Translations under genes and position numbers: made by a program
Source: a virus
Taxonomy: Duplodnaviria; Caudoviricetes
IMG/VR virus record: IMGVR_UViG_3300045120_000224
Coordinates: 1-53,666 of that record
Length of the DNA stretch: 53,666 nt
Strand: one strand, 5' to 3'
The notes under the pieces: model-generated
What the model was told of the DNA's origin: nothing
The model's input: only the letters and a program-made list of their open reading frames with translations
Databases searched by the model: none
Shown here: positions 24,254 to 34,699 of the stretch, in pieces
Numbering within the stretch: position 1 is the first letter of the stretch
Layout of the letters: every line of letters starts with the position of its first letter

Positions 24254-26395
24254 ATGCCGAGGCAGACGAATGACAACTCGATCCTCCAGGCCGACCTCAC
24301 GACATCCCCGGCCCGGGTCCAGCTCCGTGCCGAGGCGCGGCACTCCTTCGCCTTCGGCCTGTACTTCGAGACGGCCGACGCCCAGCGTGTCAACATCACC
24401 GGCTGCACCATCACCTTCACCGCGATCAACCCGGTCTGGCGTGCCACCGGCATCGCGGTCACCAAGGTGGCCGACATCGTCGACGGCCCCAACGGCCACG
24501 CCCAGGTCAACCTGCAGGCGGTCGACCTCGACCTGCTCGCCGGGCAGTACGAGTTCGACGTCACACTGCTGACGCCCGAGGCGTACTCCAACCCGATCTT
24601 CAAGGGCTACCTCGAGGTGGTGGCGAACCCGGACCCCGGCTACGTCGACGAGGTCTACGACGCCGCGAACCCGCCGGACTCGCTGACCACCAGGCTCTTC
24701 GACAACCACACCGTCGGTGTCGTGGTGAACCACCTCTCCGCGCTGACGCTCGAGGTCGGGTCGGTCACCACGCTACCGACAGGGTCCGACGCATCCGCCG
24801 GGATCATCGGTGACTACCCGCACCAGATCCTGAACCTCGGCCTGCCGCGCGGCGAGGCGTCCACCGTGCCCGGCCCGAGCGGACCGGCCGGACCCCAGGG
24901 CACACCCGGTACCACCGGCTCACCGGGAGCGACCGGACCCCAGGGTGCGCCAGGCGCAACAGGCGCGACCGGCCCGGCAGGACCGACCGGCCCGGCGTCC
25001 ACGGTTCCCGGTCCGACCGGACCGGCCGGTCCGCAGGGTCTGACTGGTCCTTCCGGCCCGGCGTCCACCGTTCCCGGCCCGACCGGGCCAGCCGGACCAC
25101 AAGGGCTCGAGGGTCCGGCTGGCGCGGCCAGCACGGTGGCCGGACCCACCGGCCCGAAGGGTGACCCGGGCACGGCCGGTGCCACCGGAGCCACTGGCGC
25201 CCAGGGCCCTAAGGGCGACACCGGAGCGACCGGCAGCACCGGAGCCCAGGGCTCACCGGGAACCCCGGGCACGCCCGGTGCCACCGGTGCGCAGGGTCCG
25301 AAGGGCGACAAGGGCGACCCGGGTGCGACCGGGTCGACCGGGGCCACCGGCCCGCAGGGCTCCGCCGGCACCGGCATCAACGTGCTCGGCTCGGTGGCCA
25401 CGGTCGCTGCGCTGCCACCGCCCGGTGGGCTGAACCCCGGTGACGCCTACACGGTGGTGGCCGACGGCCACATGTACGTCGTCAACGCCTCCCGTACCGC
25501 ATGGACCGACGTCGGCGTCATCCAGGGACCGAAGGGCGACCCCGGTGCCACCGGAGCCCAGGGCCCGAAGGGCGACACCGGTGCGGCCGGAACCCCTGGT
25601 GCGACCGGGGCCACCGGGTCGACCGGCGCCCAGGGCATCCAGGGCAACCCGGGTGCGACCGGCGCCCAGGGCGTCAAGGGCGACCCGGGCGTGGCCGGGC
25701 CGCAGGGCGTCAAGGGTGACACCGGTGCGACCGGCAGCACTGGTCCCGCCGGCACCGCCGGTGCCACCGGGCCACAGGGGCTGCAGGGCAACCCCGGTGC
25801 TACCGGCCCCACGGGTGCGGCCGGCACCGCCGGAGCCACCGGACCACAGGGTCCGCAGGGCAACCCCGGTGCGACCGGGTCGACCGGAGCCCAGGGCCCG
25901 AAGGGCGACACCGGCGCGGCCGGTGCCGATGGCGCCACCGGAGCCCAGGGCCCGAAGGGTGACAAGGGTGACCAGGGCATCCAGGGCATCCAGGGCATCC
26001 AAGGTGTCCCCGGTGTCGCCGCCGACTCCGGGTGGCTGGCGTTCACGATGGGCAACGGTGACCCGCCCTGGGGCGGTCTCGCCGCTATCTCCTATGCGGA
26101 GTACCGGGTCATCGGCCGGATGGTGTACATCCGTTTCTCACGGACCTCGGCCGCCTCGGCGTACACCGGCTCCGCCTCCGGCAACTTCGCCAACATCGAC
26201 ATCGCCGTTGCCGGTGCCGTTCCGGCCGCAGCGCGCCCGACCCGCAACCAGTGGTTGCTCGCGGCATGGAACGACCTGATGGTGACGCTGCTCGTCCAGA
26301 CGACAGGGGCAATCACCATCTGCGGTGGCATCCCGTCCGGCAACTACGGCTCAGCGACCGTGTTGAGCTGCAACGACTCATACAGTCTGGACTGA
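24254..26395 (+). CDS. Collagen-like tail fibre / receptor-binding protein
   Basis: N-terminal BppU-like beta domain, long Gly-X-Y repeats interrupted by a GINVLGSV...GDAY...WTDVG module, globular C-terminal head. Confidence 0.85.
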   Translation: MPRQTNDNSILQADLTTSPARVQLRAEARHSFAFGLYFETADAQRVNITGCTITFTAINPVWRATGIAVTKVADIVDGPNGHAQVNLQAVDLDLLAGQYEFDVTLLTPEAYSNPIFKGYLEVVANPDPGYVDEVYDAANPPDSLTTRLFDNHTVGVVVNHLSALTLEVGSVTTLPTGSDASAGIIGDYPHQILNLGLPRGEASTVPGPSGPAGPQGTPGTTGSPGATGPQGAPGATGATGPAGPTGPASTVPGPTGPAGPQGLTGPSGPASTVPGPTGPAGPQGLEGPAGAASTVAGPTGPKGDPGTAGATGATGAQGPKGDTGATGSTGAQGSPGTPGTPGATGAQGPKGDKGDPGATGSTGATGPQGSAGTGINVLGSVATVAALPPPGGLNPGDAYTVVADGHMYVVNASRTAWTDVGVIQGPKGDPGATGAQGPKGDTGAAGTPGATGATGSTGAQGIQGNPGATGAQGVKGDPGVAGPQGVKGDTGATGSTGPAGTAGATGPQGLQGNPGATGPTGAAGTAGATGPQGPQGNPGATGSTGAQGPKGDTGAAGADGATGAQGPKGDKGDQGIQGIQGIQGVPGVAADSGWLAFTMGNGDPPWGGLAAISYAEYRVIGRMVYIRFSRTSAASAYTGSASGNFANIDIAVAGAVPAAARPTRNQWLLAAWNDLMVTLLVQTTGAITICGGIPSGNYGSATVLSCNDSYSLD
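24880..26015 (+). repeat. Collagen Gly-X-Y coding repeats
   Basis: Recurring GGTGCCACCGGAGCCCAGGGCCCGAAGGGCGAC-type units encoding GATGAQGPKGD. Confidence 0.9.
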
Positions 26396-26407
26396 GGAGG
26401 ACAGCCC

Positions 26408-26758
26408 ATGATCGTCAAGACGCCACCGTTCCAGCGGCCCGTCGACAACTCCACGTTCACCGACATCACGCCGTTGGCGTTCACCATCGGCAAGGACGCC
26501 CTCGGTGGACCGGCCCTCGACTTCGCCGGTGACCTCACCGACGACCAGGTCCAGCAGATCCGGGAGCGGGTCGACGAGCCGGTCAACTCCACCACCCTCA
26601 AGCAGCAGACCCACGACGCCTTCGTCGGGCTGCGGCAGACCCGGGACTCGACCGGGGCGCTGACCAACGCGCAGCTCTCCAACGCCGTGCGGCTGCAGGC
26701 CAAGGTCATCATCGCTCTCGGCCGGATGGTTCTGGGAGAAGAAGATGCGGTCGACTGA
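26408..26758 (+). CDS. Hypothetical protein, possibly fibre-associated
   Basis: GAGGAGG RBS; directly follows the fibre gene. Confidence 0.75.
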   Translation: MIVKTPPFQRPVDNSTFTDITPLAFTIGKDALGGPALDFAGDLTDDQVQQIRERVDEPVNSTTLKQQTHDAFVGLRQTRDSTGALTNAQLSNAVRLQAKVIIALGRMVLGEEDAVD

Positions 26759-26997
26759 TGGAGCGGATCCGCGACCGGTCGACCGGCGACCTCCTCGTCC
26801 TGATGATCGCCGGGACTGTGTGCGCCGTGATCCTCATAGCAACGGGAGCTGTGATCGTGCAGAAGGTGCTGCGTCCCGACGACATGGACGCCGTGAAGGC
26901 GGCGGCGCAGATCGGGGACGTCATCAACACTCTGATCGGGCTGCTCGCGGGGTTCCTCGCGGGCCGCACAGAGCGGACAGCGAGGAGAGACCGATGA
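26758..26997 (+). CDS. Two-TM membrane protein (holin-like)
   Basis: Two hydrophobic helices and a basic C-terminus; TGATG coupling. Confidence 0.65.
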   Translation: MERIRDRSTGDLLVLMIAGTVCAVILIATGAVIVQKVLRPDDMDAVKAAAQIGDVINTLIGLLAGFLAGRTERTARRDR

Positions 26998-27194
26998 GCT
27001 TTCCCATGGCAGGCGACTGCCCCGTCTACTGGTACTCCGTCGAGGAGCTCGAGGACGACGTCAAGCTGACCCTGTGGCCGCAGGTCGGCTCCCCCAACGT
27101 CTTCATCATCAGCCGTCTCGATGCGGCGATCATCGGATCCGCGATGGTCAACCACGCCGTGGCGCTGCTCGATGCGGACGAGGCCGCACAGTGA
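26994..27194 (+). CDS. Small hypothetical protein (MSFPMAGDC..., 66 aa)
   Basis: GAGGAG RBS and ATGA overlap; 3' part of track ORF 26745..27194. Confidence 0.65.
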   Translation: MSFPMAGDCPVYWYSVEELEDDVKLTLWPQVGSPNVFIISRLDAAIIGSAMVNHAVALLDADEAAQ

Positions 27195-27242
27195 GAACAT
27201 GGACCCGCCAGCACACCGGCTGGCCGAGCAAGGAGATCACAG

Positions 27243-27497
27243 ATGACTGACGTCACCAGCCGCAACCTCTCCAAGGAGGCCGGCAAGAAGAAGGACGCGA
27301 TGGGCGCGGCGCTCGTCACCGTCTCGACGACCGCCGCACTGGCAGCCGTCGGCAACGCCATCAACACGACCGGCAAGTACCAGGGGAAGATGGTGTTCAA
27401 CTCGACCACCAACATCCTGGTGGTCGCCGTCGGATCCACCGCCGCCTCGGTCTGGGCCAACGCCGGCACCGGAGTCACGGCCCACACCCCGGTCTGA
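27243..27497 (+). CDS. Small Ala/Thr-rich protein, possibly virion-associated
   Basis: AAGGAG RBS; strong codon bias. Confidence 0.75.
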   Translation: MTDVTSRNLSKEAGKKKDAMGAALVTVSTTAALAAVGNAINTTGKYQGKMVFNSTTNILVVAVGSTAASVWANAGTGVTAHTPV

Positions 27498-27754
27498 TGA
27501 ACCCCGTCGCCGTCATCACCGAAGCGCTGCAGTCGCTGCCACCGGCGGTGCGCAAGTGGCTGCTGCTCGGGTACTCCGTCCTGGTCGTCCTGGTCGGGGT
27601 GCTCGCGCTGGTCGGTGTCGGCCTGCCCTACGACAAGATCACCGCCGTGCTCACCCTGGTCGGCGGCTATCTCGGAGTCCAGTCCGCCGTCAACGTCCCC
27701 GCCAAGGGCGAGGGCACGAGGGTGGACCACACGCCCGAGCACATGAAGGAGTAG
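27497..27754 (+). CDS. Two-TM membrane protein, putative holin
   Basis: PPAVRKWLLLGYSVLVVLVGVLALVG...AVLTLVGGYLGVQSAVNV resembles small actinophage holins. Confidence 0.6.
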   Translation: MNPVAVITEALQSLPPAVRKWLLLGYSVLVVLVGVLALVGVGLPYDKITAVLTLVGGYLGVQSAVNVPAKGEGTRVDHTPEHMKE

Positions 27755-27756
27755 CC

Positions 27757-29016
27757 GTGTTCACCGACAAGGGCGGTGCCGAGCAGAAGTCGACACCACT
27801 GAAGCACCTGGTGCGCAAGCCGCCCGGTGGTGGCCGGACCGCTGCTTCCGGCCACCCCGGTGCAGGGGCCAGCTCGACGCTGCGCGAGTGGACCGCCGGT
27901 GCCAGCCACCGTGCCGGGCCCGCCCCGGCGGTGGAGCCGCAGCACCCGGCACGGACCAACTTCGCCAACTTCATCCACTCCATCGGGTCCGGCATCGCCA
28001 ACGCCGTGCACGTCCCCACGCCGCCGGACTCCTACGGCCAGCCGCCGGTGCCGGAGTACCTGACGGCCGCGGTCAACCCGACGCCCGAGCAGAAGGCCGA
28101 CTGGCGCGGGCTGGACCGCACCGCCCGGGAGGCCGCGCTCGGCATCCCGTCCGCCGAGCAGGGGCCGAAGGCGAACACCCGGCCCAAGCCGAAGGACGTC
28201 GGCCAGGTCGACCGGATGTCGTGGGAGGAGTACAACGCGCTGAGCGAGAAGCAGCGCGCCGCCGTCGACTTCAACACGCTGCTGGTCAAGGCGGTCAGCA
28301 AGGACAACGCCAGCCAGAAGATCTACGACCCGACGCTCGACGAGAAGATGGCCTACGAGAAGGGCGTGGAGCACATCTTCGGCGACGACGCCAAGCAGCC
28401 TGACGAGTACGCACCGGAGACGCTGTCCCTGCTGCAGCAGATCAACTACCACGACGACGCGGGCGAGCTCGACGACTTCCTCGGTCTCAAGGCGGCCATC
28501 ACCGAGGAGGACCTCAAGCACATCACCGTCGCCGCACCCGCCAACGCTGTCGCGTTCTCCGGTGCCGACCAACCGCAGGTCGACCGGATCGAGCTGACCC
28601 AGCAGCTGGCCGACCAGACCCAGCGGCTCGAGGCGTCGCTCGCCAAGGGCACCAAGATGCTGCAGTCGATCAACGCCACCGCCAACCTCGAGCGGAACAC
28701 CATCCTGAACATGGTCGGCGGGATCCCGAACAAGCCGCCCCAGCCGCTCGGCTACGGCGCCGGCGAGGTCGACACCTACTTCAAGCAGGCGTTCGACGCG
28801 CTCGCCAACCAGGCCAACACCAAGGACAAGGACGAGATCCTCGGTGTCATCAACCAGGACCTGTCGCCTGACGAGCTGCAGGCGTTCAAGTCCTACTCCG
28901 ACACCCGGGTCGGGAACGCCGAGAGGTTCGACCTCCCGCTGGGCGAGGAGAAGGGCGTGACATACCGTAGTCCCGAGGAGTTCCGTGACCTCCTCGGCAT
29001 CGGAGGTGGACGATGA
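27757..29016 (+). CDS. Hypothetical protein (419 aa), possible internal virion protein
   Basis: GTG 27757 after AAGGAG; codon bias; position in the virion block. Confidence 0.75.
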   Translation: MFTDKGGAEQKSTPLKHLVRKPPGGGRTAASGHPGAGASSTLREWTAGASHRAGPAPAVEPQHPARTNFANFIHSIGSGIANAVHVPTPPDSYGQPPVPEYLTAAVNPTPEQKADWRGLDRTAREAALGIPSAEQGPKANTRPKPKDVGQVDRMSWEEYNALSEKQRAAVDFNTLLVKAVSKDNASQKIYDPTLDEKMAYEKGVEHIFGDDAKQPDEYAPETLSLLQQINYHDDAGELDDFLGLKAAITEEDLKHITVAAPANAVAFSGADQPQVDRIELTQQLADQTQRLEASLAKGTKMLQSINATANLERNTILNMVGGIPNKPPQPLGYGAGEVDTYFKQAFDALANQANTKDKDEILGVINQDLSPDELQAFKSYSDTRVGNAERFDLPLGEEKGVTYRSPEEFRDLLGIGGGR

Positions 29017-30071
29017 ACCCGCTGGCGTCCATCCCGATCGCGCCACGACCGCGTGCCCGGACACACGCGGCGGCGCCTGCGAAGCGCAGCAGCGGAGGCG
29101 GTGGCTCCCACGCTTCCTCGACCTCCGCTGCTGCTCGCTCGAGCTCGGGTTCCAAGGCAAGCAGCTCGGGCTCGAGCAAGCCGGTCAACACCATCGCCGC
29201 GGCCCAGGCCCGTGCCGACGCCAAGGAGCGCAAGGCCCAGGGCAAGGCGGCGCGCAAGTACATCGACCAGGCCACCACGCTCAACCAGCAGGTCCGGGCG
29301 CTGCAGGCCGCACTCGGCGGCAAGGGCTTCATCAAGGCGCTGAACCAGCGGCTGCGCAACGTGACGCTGGTCGCCAACCAGCAGGACGCCGCGCTGGTCC
29401 ACGACTTCCGCTCCCGCTACGGGGCGCTGAAGGACACCTTCACCGACAACGAGAAGGCCGCCGGCGCGCAGACGTTCGCCGCCCTCGGCAACCGTGGCCG
29501 CGAGCGGGCCAACGCTCTGAGCGAGGCGATGGCCCAGGGCGCCGGCGAGTCCGACATGCTGCGCACCCAGCAGATGAGCCTGCGGAACTGGAACGCCAAC
29601 CAGAACGAGGTGTCGCGCAGCTACCACGACACGCTCACCTCCATCAACTCCTCGCTGGTCGACCTGACCGCCGACACCCGCACGGCCCGGATCAACATGG
29701 CCAGCCAGGCGAACGCCGACCGGTCCTCGCTGTGGACCGACTACTACTCCCAGCGGTCGGAGACGCTGACCCAGCTCGGCAACGTGCGTGGCCAGCAGGC
29801 CGAGTTCTACGGCCTGGCGAACGAGGCGGTCTCCAGCAAGGCCACCCAGGGCAAGCGCAAGGCTGCCGCCGGTGCGTCCGGTGCGGCGTTCATGGGGGCC
29901 ACGAAGGCGTCCGCCACCGCGTGGAAGAACCCCGGTGTGAAGGCTTCGCTGCGGAACTGGGCCGGGCCCGCCGCGTTCGAGGGCGACCTGACCACGTCCA
30001 ACCGTCACGAGACAGTCGACGAGGTGCCGCTCAAGCGGCCCGAGGGCGCGACGCTGAGAGGATGGGCATGA
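29013..30071 (+). CDS. Ala/Gln-rich helical protein, possible ejection protein
   Basis: GGAGG RBS; ATGA overlap; coiled-coil composition. Confidence 0.75.
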   Translation: MNPLASIPIAPRPRARTHAAAPAKRSSGGGGSHASSTSAAARSSSGSKASSSGSSKPVNTIAAAQARADAKERKAQGKAARKYIDQATTLNQQVRALQAALGGKGFIKALNQRLRNVTLVANQQDAALVHDFRSRYGALKDTFTDNEKAAGAQTFAALGNRGRERANALSEAMAQGAGESDMLRTQQMSLRNWNANQNEVSRSYHDTLTSINSSLVDLTADTRTARINMASQANADRSSLWTDYYSQRSETLTQLGNVRGQQAEFYGLANEAVSSKATQGKRKAAAGASGAAFMGATKASATAWKNPGVKASLRNWAGPAAFEGDLTTSNRHETVDEVPLKRPEGATLRGWA

Positions 30072-30865
30072 CATCGAGCATCAGCCCCGAGCTCGTCTTC
30101 ACCCTCGACGACGCGGTGAAGGAGGTCCTCGGCACGCTCTACGGCATGGACCTCAACTACGACCCCGAGCTGGACCGGTACGCCAACGTCACCCGTCAGC
30201 TGAACCGGGCGCTGCGGTCCAACGCGCTCGAGCACGAGTGGTCCTACTACTCCTCCTCGCAGTCGGCCGGCACCAGCGTCGAGGGCGACAACGAGATCTG
30301 GCTGCCTGCCGACGTGCGGCCGCGGGTCGTCGGGGACGATGCCGTGCGCCTGGTCGACGCCGACGGGCACGTCGTCCGGTGGGCCTACGTGCTGCCGCGC
30401 GACGCCCTGAGCAAGTACTACGGCCGCTCCGGGATCTGGTGCGCGGTCACCCGCAACACCATCGCGTTCTCCCGGCCGTTCGACCTGGCCGAGGCTGGGC
30501 TCGACATCCAGGTCCCGGTGATGCGGGAGCCGGTGATGTTCCGGCTCCCCGCCCAGCCGGAGGACCCGTCGCTGCCGACGGTCACCGTGGACCCGGCGAT
30601 CCGGGTGCAGCCGATCGACTTCCAGTACCCGGACGTCATCACGATGCGGGCCGCGTTCTACTACGCGCAGACCGACCCGGTCACCCAGCCGCGCGTGCAG
30701 ACGCTCGAGTCGATGTACAAGGACCTGATGTACCAGGTCATCGAGCGCGACGACCGCAACACGGACTCCCCGTACCTCAACGAGTTCTTCGTCCCCATCC
30801 GCAACGGGATCGTCGAGCCGACGTTCCTCCACCCGCACCCGCACAGCGACGAGCGACGGAGGTAG
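30068..30865 (+). CDS. Putative head-tail adaptor / tail tubular protein A
   Basis: 265 aa directly before the nozzle-sized gene; RQLNRAL...EHEWSY pattern as in T7 gp11-like adaptors. Largely synteny. Confidence 0.55.
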   Translation: MTSSISPELVFTLDDAVKEVLGTLYGMDLNYDPELDRYANVTRQLNRALRSNALEHEWSYYSSSQSAGTSVEGDNEIWLPADVRPRVVGDDAVRLVDADGHVVRWAYVLPRDALSKYYGRSGIWCAVTRNTIAFSRPFDLAEAGLDIQVPVMREPVMFRLPAQPEDPSLPTVTVDPAIRVQPIDFQYPDVITMRAAFYYAQTDPVTQPRVQTLESMYKDLMYQVIERDDRNTDSPYLNEFFVPIRNGIVEPTFLHPHPHSDERRR

Positions 30866-30868
30866 CCC

Positions 30869-33800
30869 GTGCCTCCGAAGGCGAAGACACCGGCACCCAT
30901 CGACCGGCCGATCTCACGCGCCTACCTGCGGCAGTTCACCGGCTGGTCCACGGCGTACCCTCCTGGCGTCTCCGACTCGACTTCCCTGCGAGTCATGGAG
31001 AACATGATGATCCAGCAGGAGGGTGCGATCCGGGTGCGGCCGGGGATGCGGTACATGTCCTACCTCACCCCGCCGACCGACGCCGCCCCGGCCGGTGCCG
31101 CGTTCCTGCCGGCACAGGTCGGGACGCACGAGCCGTTCTTCCTCAACGACGGGAGCAAGGCGTACCTGTTCGCCTGCCGCGAGGGCGACGGCACCGTCGG
31201 GTTCCGGGTGCTGGCGCAGACCACGGCGGGCCAGGCCGTCGTCAGCCTTGCGGCCGCCGGCTTCTCCGTGCCGCAGGGCGAGACCCTGCTGAACTTCTCC
31301 GCGAACACCAGGTACGTGAAGTACCTGCAGATCGACAACAAGATCTTCGCGCTCTCCGACGCGGGCGAGATGATGCGGCTGTTCTACGTCGGCACCAGCA
31401 AGGTCGCCAAGCGGCTGCTGTCGATCGACCGGCCCGAGTGGACGGTGGCCGACAAGCTCCTGGTGGTGCAGCCCGACATCGGTTGGGTGAACACCGGGCC
31501 GCCCACCACGACCAGGACCAACCGGTTCACGAACCCCTCGTTCGAGACGAACACCACCGGGTGGACACCGAACAACGCGCTGACGAAGATCACCCGCGAC
31601 GCCAGCCAGCACCAGGACGGTGCCTACTCGGCCCGGCTGGAGTCACTGCCCACCCGTACGAACCTCCTCCCGTACGCCCTGGGCGACGTGGCGACCGACG
31701 GGACGGTCGGGTGGACACCCGGTGCCGGGTCCGCGTCCGTGGCCGTCAGCGCCCCGCTGAACGCCCTGCGCTGGACCCTCTCGCCCGGGCCCGTCGGGCA
31801 GCGCGGCTACGTCAACAGCCCCTATGCGGCCGTCGTGGCGGGCCAGGACTACGCGGTGTCCTGGGACCTGGCCGAGCTCACCAACATCAGCCGCATGACA
31901 GTCATGGTCCGGTTCTACAACTCGGCCAACACCCAGCTTGGTGCGCAGGCCGAGTTCGGCGGCGTCGCCCTGACGCTGACCAGGAAGACCACCATCAACG
32001 TGCGGCCGCCCACCGGCGCCACGAAGGCACGGTTCTTCTTCTACGGCGAGCGCGGCTCGGCCACCCTGGGCTGCGCGGTGTCCATCAAGAACGTGCTGGT
32101 CGCGCGCGAGACGGAGCCGACCACGTTCTTCTGGGGCAACTCCGGTACGTCCTACTACTGGACCGGAGCCACCAAGGCGTCCCCCTCGGTCTACCACCCC
32201 TCCGCAGACATCGCCGTGCGGGCCACCGTCACCGTCGGTGCGCTGGCGGTGGCCGCCGGGATCTCCATGCGCGGCTCGGTGGCCCGCCAGGGCGGCATGG
32301 ACTTCACGTTCAACGGCGCGTCCGGGGTGATCGCCACCAAGACCGGGACGCTGGTGACGCTGCCCACCGCAGCGTGGGCGACCGTCACCAACTCCGACAT
32401 CGCCCATGCGGGCACCACCACCGTGACCGTGGTGGTGAAGGTGAACACCGCTGCACGCGGGGAGACCTACTTCATCGACTCCGCGCTGTTCGAGGCCAGC
32501 CCCACCATCGGCGCCTACTTCGACGGGTCTTCCGCCGATGTCCCGGCGCAGACCCACGACTGGTCCGGCACCGCTCACAACTCCACCTCGAACGAGCGGG
32601 CCTACTCGGTCGGCAACACCATCCCGCCGGCGGAGACGAAGACCGCGAACACGCTGATCTCCTCGACGTCGACCGCCAACGTCTACAACTTCGGCTTCTT
32701 CTACACGTTCATGAACGAGGTGGGCGAGTCCGCGCCGTCCCCGATCACCGTGATGCGCACCCAGCGCCCGTGGTCCGGGTGGCGGTGGGAGACGGGCAAC
32801 ACCGCAGGTGAGCCGTCCGGCACCACCACCGCCGACCCGATCGCGTGCGCCGACCAGCTCGTCGCCTACATGCCGTCCGACGTGCTGGCCGCCGGGCTGG
32901 CCGCCGGCGCCATCTCGTGGAACCTGTACATGTACACCTGGTCGGACCAGGACCCGGTGCCGGTCACCGCGGTGCGCGTCGACGCCAGGACGCTGACGCC
33001 CGCATCCGTCCACGGGTCGTCGGGCTGGCTCCGGGTCACCCCGTCACAGTCCGAGGCGGGCTCGGAGACGATGGTGCCGCCCACCAAGACCGGCCGGTTC
33101 AACTACTCGAGCCCGTCCCGTGGCGGGCAGGGCCTGGTGGCCGCCGACCGCATGGTGCTCGTGGCCGACGCCCGCGACCCGGCCGTCATCCGGTGGACGT
33201 CGAACCTGCAGGGCTCCTACACCGACTTCTCCGCCAGCCGTGGCGGCGGGTTCAAGACCCTGACGTCCGGCAACCTGTACATCCCCGCCTGCGTGAAGCT
33301 CTGGCAGAACCCGCAGTCGGCGGACACGCTGACCATCCTGTGCCGGGGCGTCGACGGCTACTCGGCCGGCTACTACATGGCGCCCGCCCAGGTGGCCAGC
33401 CAGTCCGAGGCGACCAACATCATGGGCTTCGAGGAGACCACCGCCACCCCGGGCACCACGTCGCCGTACGGCTGCGAGGTCTTCAACAACGCGCTCTACC
33501 ACCCGCTCGACGACCAGCTGATGAAGTCGACGGCGAACAACTACAACATCAGCCACAAGTCGCAGTCCGACAAGATCGAGAACAAGTGGAAGGCGCTGAC
33601 CCGCAAGGAGTGGATCGTCTCCTCCCTGCACGACAGCCACATCTACTACCTGGTGAACAACCCCGACGGCGAGCCCCTCGAGGACGGATGCAGCGGCAAC
33701 GAGATCTGGGTCTTCGACGGCAGTGGATCCGCGGACGCGCCCGGCGGAGGCTCCTGGTCCCGCTGGCTGGTGCAGGCGTGCAGCCTGCGGAAGATCGAGC

Positions 33801-34396
33801 AGGGCGGACAGATCTACATGTCGGTGATCCGTCCCAGCGGGATCTACTACTTCGACGAGCTCTACGGGCTCGACGACTTCGTCGACGACGCCGGGCTGAT
33901 CTCGAGCCGGCCGATCCCGTGGAAGATGGAGACCAACACCCAGGGCGCGAACCGGGCGCATGACGCCTGGTGCCACCTGCAGCAGCTGCAGCTCAGCCTC
34001 GGCAACTTCACCGGTGGGCTGCGCTACGGGATCCGCTCCTTCGACATCCACGGGAAGCCGATCGAGTACGCCAAGAACGTCTACGACAACAACGACCGCA
34101 CCGAGGCGATGTTCGACCTCGAGGACTTCCTGCAGGTCCGACGCGACCTGAAGGAGTGGTTCTTCTTCGCCGAGTCCACCGTCGGGCCGGACGGCGTCAG
34201 CACCCTCGCCTCGTTCGGGCAGATCAACCTGGTGCAGTACAGGTACACCCCGGTGAGCGTGAACGTCGGCTACGAGTACGGGTCGGTCGAGACCTTCGAG
34301 TACGGCCGCGCCGACTACACCGGGATGCGTGGGCTGCCCGACCCGCTCAGCGTGAACGGTGTGCCCCGCCCGATGATCGACACCAGGAGACCGTGA
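30869..34396 (+). CDS. Putative tail nozzle (tubular protein B) with inserted carbohydrate-binding-like domains
   Basis: N-terminal FTGW...MENMMIQQEGAIRVRPG typical of podovirus nozzles; beta-rich; TNRFTNPSFETNTTGW CBM-like insert. Confidence 0.65.
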   Translation: MPPKAKTPAPIDRPISRAYLRQFTGWSTAYPPGVSDSTSLRVMENMMIQQEGAIRVRPGMRYMSYLTPPTDAAPAGAAFLPAQVGTHEPFFLNDGSKAYLFACREGDGTVGFRVLAQTTAGQAVVSLAAAGFSVPQGETLLNFSANTRYVKYLQIDNKIFALSDAGEMMRLFYVGTSKVAKRLLSIDRPEWTVADKLLVVQPDIGWVNTGPPTTTRTNRFTNPSFETNTTGWTPNNALTKITRDASQHQDGAYSARLESLPTRTNLLPYALGDVATDGTVGWTPGAGSASVAVSAPLNALRWTLSPGPVGQRGYVNSPYAAVVAGQDYAVSWDLAELTNISRMTVMVRFYNSANTQLGAQAEFGGVALTLTRKTTINVRPPTGATKARFFFYGERGSATLGCAVSIKNVLVARETEPTTFFWGNSGTSYYWTGATKASPSVYHPSADIAVRATVTVGALAVAAGISMRGSVARQGGMDFTFNGASGVIATKTGTLVTLPTAAWATVTNSDIAHAGTTTVTVVVKVNTAARGETYFIDSALFEASPTIGAYFDGSSADVPAQTHDWSGTAHNSTSNERAYSVGNTIPPAETKTANTLISSTSTANVYNFGFFYTFMNEVGESAPSPITVMRTQRPWSGWRWETGNTAGEPSGTTTADPIACADQLVAYMPSDVLAAGLAAGAISWNLYMYTWSDQDPVPVTAVRVDARTLTPASVHGSSGWLRVTPSQSEAGSETMVPPTKTGRFNYSSPSRGGQGLVAADRMVLVADARDPAVIRWTSNLQGSYTDFSASRGGGFKTLTSGNLYIPACVKLWQNPQSADTLTILCRGVDGYSAGYYMAPAQVASQSEATNIMGFEETTATPGTTSPYGCEVFNNALYHPLDDQLMKSTANNYNISHKSQSDKIENKWKALTRKEWIVSSLHDSHIYYLVNNPDGEPLEDGCSGNEIWVFDGSGSADAPGGGSWSRWLVQACSLRKIEQGGQIYMSVIRPSGIYYFDELYGLDDFVDDAGLISSRPIPWKMETNTQGANRAHDAWCHLQQLQLSLGNFTGGLRYGIRSFDIHGKPIEYAKNVYDNNDRTEAMFDLEDFLQVRRDLKEWFFFAESTVGPDGVSTLASFGQINLVQYRYTPVSVNVGYEYGSVETFEYGRADYTGMRGLPDPLSVNGVPRPMIDTRRP

Positions 34397-34620
34397 TGAA
34401 GGCTGCCGCCCGCAACAAGCTCAAGAAGGGGTCGTTCGCGCTCCCGTCCAAGCGCAAGTACCCGATCCACGACAAGGCCCACGCGAAGTCCGCGCTGTCG
34501 TATGCCGCCCGGCACGACACCGAGGGGTCGTCAGCGACCATCCGCGCTGCCGTGCTCAAGAAGTTCCCGTCGCTGAAGAAGGACGGTGGCAAGTCCCAGC
34601 TGAAGAAGTGGGACCGCTAG
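34396..34620 (+). CDS. Small basic protein (74 aa)
   Basis: RNKLKKGSFALPSKRKYPIHDKAHAKSAL, a motif type recurrent in phage structural regions; AGGAG RBS. Confidence 0.75.
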   Translation: MKAAARNKLKKGSFALPSKRKYPIHDKAHAKSALSYAARHDTEGSSATIRAAVLKKFPSLKKDGGKSQLKKWDR

Positions 34621-34697
34621 TCCTTACCGTGACGGTTGCGGCCGAACACGAACCAGAGCACCGCGACCAGGAACACGAGCGCCAGTACCGTGAACAC
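34617..34697 (-). CDS. 26-aa single-TM peptide
   Basis: MFTVLALVFLVAVLWFVFGRNRHGKD; GTG start 2 nt after the preceding stop. Confidence 0.5.
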   Translation of the reverse strand: MFTVLALVFLVAVLWFVFGRNRHGKD

Positions 34698-34699
34698 GG

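Noticed and set aside
24814-26055. Pro/Gly-rich ORFs on other frames of the fibre gene
   Set aside because: By-products of collagen repeat periodicity.
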